Shown one piece after another: positions 48,492 through 53,779 of a DNA stretch of 53,779 bases. The position numbers and the translations under genes are program-made. This DNA comes from a virus. The notes beneath the pieces were generated by a model. The model searched no databases and had not been told where the DNA came from. It was given only the letters and a program-made list of their open reading frames with translations. How positions within the stretch are numbered: the stretch's first letter is position 1; the number at the start of each line of letters is the position of its first letter. The stretch spans positions 1 through 53,779 of IMG/VR virus record IMGVR_UViG_3300012933_000343. One strand, written 5' to 3'.

Positions 48492-48641
48492 TTAGAAACA
48501 GTTGGTTGTGCAGTTGCTGCCGTAGCAGCAGGTTGTGCAAGTGACAATTCGTCCGTTTTGCATGATGGTGTGGGTTGTGCATGCAGCCCAAGTGGTTGTG
48601 GCAACGGCGGCAAGCCAAATTGCAATTAATGTTTTCTTCAT
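48492..48641 (-). CDS. Small secreted (or lipid-anchored) Cys/Thr-rich peptide precursor (49 aa; below the track cutoff)
   Basis: Hand translation: MKKTLIAIWLAAVATTTWAACTTHTIMQNGRIVTCTTCCYGSNCTTNCF. aggaga SD 6 nt upstream. N-terminal KK + hydrophobic signal peptide ending TWA-AC. Six Cys in the C-terminal 29 residues. Preceded by a 97-nt untranslated gap. Confidence 0.55.
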   Translation of the reverse strand: MKKTLIAIWLAAVATTTWAACTTHTIMQNGRIVTCTTCCYGSNCTTNCF

Positions 48642-48738
48642 GAAGTTCTCCTGTGAGTAAAAAAGGTGGGCCTACTCGCTGCGTCTGACCTCGGACCGTA
48701 TGAGATCGTCGCACCAGCATCCGCTTTCGGCCCGTAAA

Positions 48739-49602
48739 TCAGATGGGGCTGTCGTGCTCTTCGGCTGGTTGCTGGCCAGCCGCATTGGTGGTTGGCATGT
48801 CGATCACGCCGTCGTCATCGCGCGGCGAATCGTGCCAGTGCTGCTCATCGGCCGGCGCTGGGGCCTGTTCCGCGACCTTTTGCAAGCGACTAGGGCGCTT
48901 GGCAGCCGATGGCGCTTCAGGCGCTTGTGCGGCCTCTGGCGCGGTTTGCTCGGGCATGAACAGCTCGTCGTCCTCTTTGATCATGCCGTCGATGTCGGTG
49001 GACAGCGGCAAGCGCTTGCTGTGGCGTCGCACCACGGTCTTTTTAGCCATCTCGGCAAAGTCGGTCTGCCATGGGCCTGAGTTGCCCGAGCGGCTGCGGG
49101 CTCGGATGGCGTTGACGTCCTCGACGCTCATCACCTCGCGGGATTTTTCACCATCCTTCATGGTGACGATGGAGTAGACCGCGATCAGCTTGCCCCGGTT
49201 GGAGAGCGAAGGCTTGTGCGTGATGTGCTCCTCATCGCCCAGGCAAAAATCAAAAGCGTCGTGTTCGTAGACCGCCTGCACCGACCAGGTGCTGATCTCG
49301 CCCGAGTTGCGCACCAGCTTCATGATGCCGGCAACCATTGGCATGAACTGCGCTTGGTTTTTGAAGGTGACGATTGCGCCCTCGCGGCCGTCGGGCAGCA
49401 GGCCCATCTGGCTGGCGCGCATGGCCGATGCAAACAGCGTGCGGCGATCAGCATCCAGCAGGGAGGGCGTCATCTGCACAGCGGTCATCACGACGCGCAC
49501 AAATCGCGCCGGGTCCACGTGCTTAGGAAGGGCGGCCGCAAACTGCGGCTGCATGGCGGTCAGCTGGTTTCTGACCTGGTCGACAACGGTAAGTTGGCTC
49601 AT
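48739..49602 (-). CDS. recT: RecT-family single-strand annealing recombinase (287 aa)
   Basis: Typical RecT N-terminal and core pattern (...FAAALPKHVDPARFVRVVMTAV...SLL..D..TL..A....A..GL.PDG.EG.IV.F...Q.MP...G...L...SGEI......AVYE.D.F...); aggaga SD. Confidence 0.9.
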   Translation of the reverse strand: MSQLTVVDQVRNQLTAMQPQFAAALPKHVDPARFVRVVMTAVQMTPSLLDADRRTLFASAMRASQMGLLPDGREGAIVTFKNQAQFMPMVAGIMKLVRNSGEISTWSVQAVYEHDAFDFCLGDEEHITHKPSLSNRGKLIAVYSIVTMKDGEKSREVMSVEDVNAIRARSRSGNSGPWQTDFAEMAKKTVVRRHSKRLPLSTDIDGMIKEDDELFMPEQTAPEAAQAPEAPSAAKRPSRLQKVAEQAPAPADEQHWHDSPRDDDGVIDMPTTNAAGQQPAEEHDSPI

Positions 49603-49638
49603 ATTTTCTCCTGTACTCCGGCCAGTTCAGCCAGACTT

Positions 49639-49657
49639 AAAACCGGTGGCCGACCGG
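49639..49657 (-). terminator. Weak hairpin plus U4 between the exonuclease and recT (attenuator or terminator candidate)
   Basis: Minus strand reads CCGGT-cggcc-ACCGG-TTTT within the 88-nt exo-recT gap. Confidence 0.25.
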
Positions 49658-49690
49658 CGGCGGTGTTGCTTGTTTTCAAACAGTGTACCA

Positions 49691-50644
49691 TCACTTAGTG
49701 GGCTTGCGTGGGTTTATTCGTAAATTTCTGAAGCCTTTACGCCCACCGTAGGATGTGCCCACCATGTTCTCCGTGATCAGCGTTGGGGGCGTCTCTGCCT
49801 GCATGGCGGCGCTGACCGTCCAAGCGCCGGTGAGCACCTTCTCGGCGTCCGCGATGTGCTTGAAAATTTCGGCCTTGGCCACGTCTTTGTCGTCCTTGGC
49901 GTTGGCCTCGTCGGCTGCGGCTTTTTTGTACCGCTTAATCAGATCGGCCAGCACATCGTCACTGCTGGCGTCCAGCACCTTGCCGGGCTTGGCGTACTGG
50001 TTCAAGCGGATCAGCACCTCGGCATCGCCTGGCATCACTGGGTCGGGCTCTTCGCCTGCGTCCACCGTGCGCCAGAAGTCGGCCACCTTGGCTTTGATCG
50101 CGGCGATCACATCCTCGTCGCGCAGGCGCTCGATCACCACACCTCTGTTGCCGCCGATGAATGCGCCGATGAATGCGCGCTTGAAACCCGACACAGCCAT
50201 CTGGTGCTGGACTTGCAGCTCAATGTGAATTGGGGCCTCTACTGAGCCATCTTCGTGCTCCAGCCATCCATCTCGAAACGCCAAGTAATCCACGTTTTTA
50301 ATTTCCAGATGGACGGGCTCTCCAAGGCTTGTGATCACAAAATCAAAGCTCGAACCCATGCGTAAATCAGGATTCCTGAAATACTCCTTCATCGGTTTAA
50401 TCTCCCAGCCTTGCTCTTCTGCAATGCCATAAGCAATTGCCGCTTCCAGCCGGTTTCCCCATGCCATTCGATCATTTGTTTTGAACTCTGGAACAATCCC
50501 GGTGCGCTTGCGGTGCCAAAGATCAAAATGTGTCATGTAAGGGCTTTCGCCAAACAAGCATGCCGATTCGGTGGATGTCACGTCTAGCTTGCGCATGGCA
50601 AGCCAGTGTTCTTGGTTGCTGGGTACGATAATTTCAGTGGTCAT
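49691..50644 (-). CDS. YqaJ-type (lambda Exo-like) recombination exonuclease with a C-terminal extension (317 aa)
   Basis: Track ORF 49691..50752 trimmed to MTTEIIVPSNQEHWLAMRKLDVTSTESACLFGESPY... (ATGA overlap). YqaJ N-terminal signature plus the D...E.K nuclease core (LEIKNV). About 100 extra C-terminal residues. Confidence 0.8.
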   Translation of the reverse strand: MTTEIIVPSNQEHWLAMRKLDVTSTESACLFGESPYMTHFDLWHRKRTGIVPEFKTNDRMAWGNRLEAAIAYGIAEEQGWEIKPMKEYFRNPDLRMGSSFDFVITSLGEPVHLEIKNVDYLAFRDGWLEHEDGSVEAPIHIELQVQHQMAVSGFKRAFIGAFIGGNRGVVIERLRDEDVIAAIKAKVADFWRTVDAGEEPDPVMPGDAEVLIRLNQYAKPGKVLDASSDDVLADLIKRYKKAAADEANAKDDKDVAKAEIFKHIADAEKVLTGAWTVSAAMQAETPPTLITENMVGTSYGGRKGFRNLRINPRKPTK

Positions 50645-51090
50645 GCGGCTCTCCTTGCGCGTTGTGCGTCCATCCTGCATTGGTGGCAATAGCGTCGGCC
50701 ATCTGGCCGGATTCGAAGGTTCTCGCCAGTCAGGCTGTGGCCACGCTGGCATTCTGTTTGCGATCCTCGGCGATATGCGTCGCCTCGTTTTTTGGAAATC
50801 ATGTCCTGCATGTTTTTGCTGTGCGTACCTGAAAACAAGTGATCAGGGTTGCAGCAACTTGGCACATCACAGTGGTGGCAAATCTCTTGGCCTGGCGGTA
50901 TCTCGCCGACAAAGTGTTGGAATGAAACTCGGTGCGTGTACACCATTCGAGCGTTCCCTGCCTCGGTGTAGCCGCTACCAATCAAGCCATAACCACCGCG
51001 AGCTGTTGTGCCTGTCCAGATCCAGCAGCCAGAAAATGGCACGCGCTGAATCTTGTCAAGCAATCGATCAATCACTGGTCTTTTTTTCAT
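50641..51090 (-). CDS. HNH endonuclease (149 aa)
   Basis: Track ORF 50641..51165 trimmed to MKKRPVIDRL... (ggagg SD). GYGLIG...YTHRVSF......G..ICHHCDVPSCCNPDHLF.GTH..N is the classic phage HNH pattern; C-terminal CQRGH...YCHQC. Confidence 0.88.
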   Translation of the reverse strand: MKKRPVIDRLLDKIQRVPFSGCWIWTGTTARGGYGLIGSGYTEAGNARMVYTHRVSFQHFVGEIPPGQEICHHCDVPSCCNPDHLFSGTHSKNMQDMISKKRGDAYRRGSQTECQRGHSLTGENLRIRPDGRRYCHQCRMDAQRARRAA

Positions 51091-51289
51091 GCTTACCTCC
51101 AAACAAAGCCAGCCCTGCCGCCTCTGGGAACCGCGCCCCGTGCGCAGCCACCATGTTGGCGTCAATCACCTCGTTGAAGCCATCACACGGCGCGATCCAA
51201 AAACCCTGCTCGCCGTCGTCTTGCGTTGCGGCCACGATACCGATCAGGCCCTTGCCGCTGCTAAACCATAAAACTTTGTGGATTTTCAT
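51068..51289 (-). CDS. Hypothetical protein (73 aa)
   Basis: Track ORF; its 3' end overlaps the HNH start by 23 nt. Confidence 0.5.
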   Translation of the reverse strand: MKIHKVLWFSSGKGLIGIVAATQDDGEQGFWIAPCDGFNEVIDANMVAAHGARFPEAAGLALFGGKHEKKTSD

Positions 51290-51633
51290 GCTTGTTCTCC
51301 GGTGGCGTTTTTGATGGCACCGTGTAGCTGCCCCATCACAATCATGGTTGGTGTCATGTCTTTGGAAAGCACGTATCCACTACTTGTTGCTTTCACTGGA
51401 ACAGGTTGGTCACCAATAAATCTCACGGCAACTTCGCAGGCTTTCACTAGCTGGTCGTGCGCGTTCCAACGTCGCTGCATTTCTATGAGGATTTCCGCCT
51501 GCTTGGCGATGGTGTGCTCGCCGTTGACAAGCAGGGCCAGCAGCCACTTGTCGTCGGCTTGGTTGATCAGCGAGTAGCTGTTGGCCTCGCTGTTTGCGCG
51601 AAAACAAATCCGGACTGGTAGGTGTTCTTTCAT
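51286..51633 (-). CDS. Hypothetical protein (115 aa)
   Basis: Track ORF; ATGA overlaps. Confidence 0.55.
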   Translation of the reverse strand: MKEHLPVRICFRANSEANSYSLINQADDKWLLALLVNGEHTIAKQAEILIEMQRRWNAHDQLVKACEVAVRFIGDQPVPVKATSSGYVLSKDMTPTMIVMGQLHGAIKNATGEQA

Positions 51634-51872
51634 GGTTGTTCTCCGGTTGGTTCGGCAACCCGAATGCCGCTGTCGTATGGTTGAAGCGCGTCGCGCAAAA
51701 GGTCTGCATGGGCAATAAGCAACTCCACCAATTCGTCGCTTGTCCTTGCACCGTATAAGTTGGCATGATTTGCCGCGCGCTCAACGGATTCGCGCCGCTT
51801 TCCCAGCACCAATCCTCTGCGAACGGCCATTTCGTTAAAACGCCGCTCATCTTCTTGTGTCCAGTTGTTCAT
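51630..51872 (-). CDS. Hypothetical protein (80 aa)
   Basis: Track ORF; ATGA overlaps. Confidence 0.55.
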   Translation of the reverse strand: MNNWTQEDERRFNEMAVRRGLVLGKRRESVERAANHANLYGARTSDELVELLIAHADLLRDALQPYDSGIRVAEPTGEQP

Positions 51873-52168
51873 GCTGCCACTCCGGTTGCTTTGGCGATGG
51901 CGGCGTGAAGGGTATCAATGCGCTTGTCGTAGCGTGGCATGTGACCAGAAAGCGCAAGCAGAATCTTTCCAACTTTTGCGTCGCGGTCGTTGTCCCAATG
52001 GTCATGCGCTTGGTTTGCCAGCTTGACGACTTCTTGCAAAGACTCCAGCAATTCAGCATTGACTGAGTGCAAGCGGCGCAGTTCGGCGGCAGCTCGATTG
52101 TTGACATTAATAAGCTCGGGGTGTTTATCAGACAACTCCAATGCGTTAGCCAGTTCAAGTGTGTTCAT
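51869..52168 (-). CDS. Hypothetical protein (99 aa)
   Basis: Track ORF; aaggagcaac SD. Confidence 0.55.
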   Translation of the reverse strand: MNTLELANALELSDKHPELINVNNRAAAELRRLHSVNAELLESLQEVVKLANQAHDHWDNDRDAKVGKILLALSGHMPRYDKRIDTLHAAIAKATGVAA

Positions 52169-52205
52169 AAGTTGCTCCTTTCAGCTTCCGTTCACGTTTA
52201 AAAAA

Positions 52206-52346
52206 TCACAAGACGATGTTCGCTCTCCAAGAGAAAACATCAAGTCCTGTTATCAAAATACCCAGCAAAAATACAACACATTCAGCGATAAAAATACCGC
52301 GCTCAGATTGCGTTGGGATAGGCTTGGCGGGGCCTGTGTATTTCAT
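52206..52346 (-). CDS. Small membrane protein (46 aa)
   Basis: Internal start of track ORF 52206..52544: MKYTGPAKPIPTQSERGIFIAECVVFLLGILITGLDVFSWRANIVL. Strong aaggagg SD; one TM helix. Confidence 0.5.
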   Translation of the reverse strand: MKYTGPAKPIPTQSERGIFIAECVVFLLGILITGLDVFSWRANIVL

Positions 52347-52477
52347 GCGGCCTCCTTGGCAAACTGGCGGCCTTGCAAAAACAAGCCCCAGCACCTGGCG
52401 CAAATCCAGCGCTTTGGAGTCATCTGGACGCCACCCTCGGGCACGCGTGGGCGGTCGCAGTCGTGGCAGTGGTTCAT
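52343..52477 (-). CDS. Small zinc-ribbon protein (44 aa; below the track cutoff)
   Basis: Hand translation: MNHCHDCDRPRVPEGGVQMTPKRWICARCWGLFLQGRQFAKEAA (CxxC...CxxC). ATGA overlaps on both sides fill the gap exactly. Confidence 0.5.
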   Translation of the reverse strand: MNHCHDCDRPRVPEGGVQMTPKRWICARCWGLFLQGRQFAKEAA

Positions 52478-52665
52478 GTGTTCTCCAGAAGGCTGATCGG
52501 CATGTGATGGCAGGCTTTGTCGCGGCTGCTGGACGCGGCCACAAACGACTGCCTGAAAGGGTGGTTTTCCTGCTTAGGGTGGTCCATCCACCGGCGGCAG
52601 TTTTGGCATTTCTCGCACACCACAGCAGGCAGGCAGCGGCTGTAATCGAATGGGAGGGGGGTCAT
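52474..52665 (-). CDS. Small Cys-rich protein (63 aa)
   Basis: Track ORF 52474..52701 trimmed to MTPLPFDYSRCLPAVVCEKCQNCRRW... (ATGA overlap). Confidence 0.5.
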   Translation of the reverse strand: MTPLPFDYSRCLPAVVCEKCQNCRRWMDHPKQENHPFRQSFVAASSSRDKACHHMPISLLENT

Positions 52666-52859
52666 GCTTGCACCTTTGGGATGTCGCGCCATGTTCCGCA
52701 CACTGGTCTAAACATATCGCCACACACCTCCTTGCCGTCCGGGTGCTCCCAAAACTGCTGAAGGATATTTACCGTGCGTGCGGTGCAGTGAGTGGCGTGG
52801 CGTTCCACAATCTCTTGGCGCTCAACGAAGCGCAGGTATAGGGTTGGTATAGGTGTCAT
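52662..52859 (-). CDS. Hypothetical protein (65 aa)
   Basis: Track ORF 52662..52892 trimmed to MTPIPTLYLRF... (aaggagaag SD; ATGA overlap). Confidence 0.5.
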   Translation of the reverse strand: MTPIPTLYLRFVERQEIVERHATHCTARTVNILQQFWEHPDGKEVCGDMFRPVCGTWRDIPKVQA

Positions 52860-53338
52860 GTGTTCTTCTCCTTGAGTTTGGTGTTCATCCATTCAACCAG
52901 CTCGTCTGTTGTCCATTCGGATTCTTTTATCCACTGTTTCTCATCATCCGTCAGCCCAACCCATTGCCGCTGTGCTGCGGGTGGGGTGATAAGCATGGCG
53001 CGGAGTTCGGCTTTTGCTTGCTCTGCGTCTTCAAGCCCATTGCCAGAGTCAAAGCGCCCACCGACAAGTGACCAAGCCGATGCAAAGACTTGCGCTTGCT
53101 CCATCACGGAATCAATCCACGCCGCAGGCTCCTGCACAACAGGTGCTGGCTGTGCGGGTGTGCCGAGAGCCAGAACCTGTGTCAAAAGTTCTTTTGCGGC
53201 GGCTGGGCGCATCCACGGGTCAAGTAATGCAATTTGCGCATTGCTGGGCTCCTGCACAGGTGCTGCTCGGTCAAACAACTCAGGCAGTCGCTTGTACAGC
53301 ATTTCAATCAGTTCTTTGGTTGTTGGATGAACTTTCAT
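52856..53338 (-). CDS. Hypothetical protein (160 aa) with APVQEP-type linkers and a C-terminal WVGLTDDE...KLKEKNT module
   Basis: Track ORF; the C-terminal module is paralogous to 44760..45014. Confidence 0.6.
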   Translation of the reverse strand: MKVHPTTKELIEMLYKRLPELFDRAAPVQEPSNAQIALLDPWMRPAAAKELLTQVLALGTPAQPAPVVQEPAAWIDSVMEQAQVFASAWSLVGGRFDSGNGLEDAEQAKAELRAMLITPPAAQRQWVGLTDDEKQWIKESEWTTDELVEWMNTKLKEKNT

Positions 53339-53457
53339 GGCTTGCCTTTCAAAATAACGCAGTAACCGTCACCTTCTGGTGTTGTCCCGCAAACCTCTTG
53401 CAGTGGTACGGCGCAACCAGTCAGAACAAGTGCGGCGGCGAGAATGAGTTTGTTCAT
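53335..53457 (-). CDS. Small lipoprotein (40 aa; below the track cutoff)
   Basis: Hand translation: MNKLILAAALVLTGCAVPLQEVCGTTPEGDGYCVILKGKP. Canonical lipobox L-T-G-C after a short hydrophobic signal. ATGA overlaps on both sides. Confidence 0.6.
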   Translation of the reverse strand: MNKLILAAALVLTGCAVPLQEVCGTTPEGDGYCVILKGKP

Positions 53458-53779
53458 GGCTTGCCTTTCGTGGGTGCGGCGGCGAGCATGGCCCCGTAGC
53501 ACTCAATGGCTGCAACAATCAGGGCGCGGTCGTACCCACGGAGGCGAAGGTCTGCTACGCCCGCATCTAGCATTTCGGGTGTCGGCTTTACCGGAACCAG
53601 CCTCCACCCTTCGGGCACGGCTGGCTGTGCTGAGGGTGGGGTAGCGAGTTTGCAAAGAGGGTGATGATCGCCGGGTGCGCAAAGCGGCTTCCCGCAAGAC
53701 AACGGCATTCCCATGCTATCAATGGGCTCCTGCACAGGTGCTGCAAGGGCACGCTCATCAGCACGAACAAGGGCTTCAA
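53454..53779 (-). CDS. 3' part of the junction-spanning CDS (see 1..155)
   Basis: The track ORF 53454..53735 starts at a GTG, but the frame is open upstream to the window edge and continues in frame into 56..155 after circular closure. Contains PEGWRLVPVKPTPEMLDAG, a motif common in small phage proteins. Confidence 0.7.
   Translation of the reverse strand, partial: EALVRADERALAAPVQEPIDSMGMPLSCGKPLCAPGDHHPLCKLATPPSAQPAVPEGWRLVPVKPTPEMLDAGVADLRLRGYDRALIVAAIECYGAMLAAAPTKGKP
53725..53779. repeat. Right copy of the 55-bp exact terminal repeat (identical to 1..55)
   Basis: Verbatim identity with bases 1-55. Confidence 0.97.

Noticed and set aside
48367-48720. Track ORFs 48367..48720 (-) and 48371..48625 (-) overlapping the small Cys-rich ORF and ORF 48276..48482
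   Set aside because: They have no SD, Pro/His/Arg-rich or Ala-rich nonsense-like translations, and they overlap two better-supported genes. The 49-codon frame with SD and signal peptide was preferred.
53335-53457. The small lipoprotein as the o-spanin of the lysis system
   Set aside because: It lies 21 kb from the holin and endolysin genes, in the opposite transcription unit. It is not embedded in or adjacent to a TM-anchored i-spanin candidate, and it lacks the Pro-rich character typical of Rz1-type proteins. It is kept only as a generic lipoprotein.

Overview
The window is a complete dsDNA bacteriophage genome. Bases 1-55 are repeated verbatim at 53725-53779, so the unique circular map is 53,724 bp, and one minus-strand gene reads cleanly across the junction. 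No similarity search was possible. All functional calls come from motifs I recognise in the supplied translations, gene order, Shine-Dalgarno (SD) sequences and start/stop overlaps. Many track ORFs were trimmed to an internal ATG that overlaps the upstream stop (ATGA).

Layout:
- A divergent control region lies at 2529-2613.
- A long plus-strand unit runs 2614-44562. It starts with a Cro/YdaS-like HTH and small genes, then a replication/modification block: SF2 DEAH helicase, a short C5-methyltransferase-like protein, a VRR-NUC nuclease, an antisense tRNA-Tyr, a Toprim + SF3 primase-helicase, and a ParB-domain/DPPY methyltransferase fusion.
- The packaging and head genes follow: TerS, TerL, an unusual 778-aa ParB/Srx-domain protein, portal, a GroES-like protein, a RyR-domain protein, scaffold, decoration-like protein and major capsid protein.
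- Next come a GIY-YIG homing endonuclease, tail fibres, a lysis cassette (GTA-type 3TM holin plus GH108 endolysin), tail proteins, a GNAT acetyltransferase and four large internal/ejection-type proteins.
- A convergent minus-strand early unit runs from 45460 down through the junction to about 2486. It carries RecT, a YqaJ exonuclease, an HNH endonuclease, a DUF2303/YfdQ-like protein, an excisionase-type HTH and about 30 tightly coupled small ORFs.

No tape-measure, tube or sheath genes are visible, so the phage looks podovirus-like. I recognised no DNA polymerase, integrase or CI-type repressor.

Most notable observations:
1. A dense cluster of eight TGGCAC(A) motifs at and just after the 3' end of the primase-helicase gene, a candidate origin.
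2. A large ParB/Srx-domain virion-module protein between TerL and portal, with a low-GC domain insertion and a Gly/Asp/Ser tail.
3. A recurring [aromatic/Leu]-A-[K/R/E]-G-G motif shared by three virion-module proteins.
4. Three SD-containing hairpins with compensatory base changes in front of head genes.
5. Two unannotated small secreted or lipoprotein ORFs, one of them Cys/Thr-rich.
6. Several low-GC mosaic insertions: the homing endonuclease gene, the tail-fibre C-terminus and the GNAT gene.
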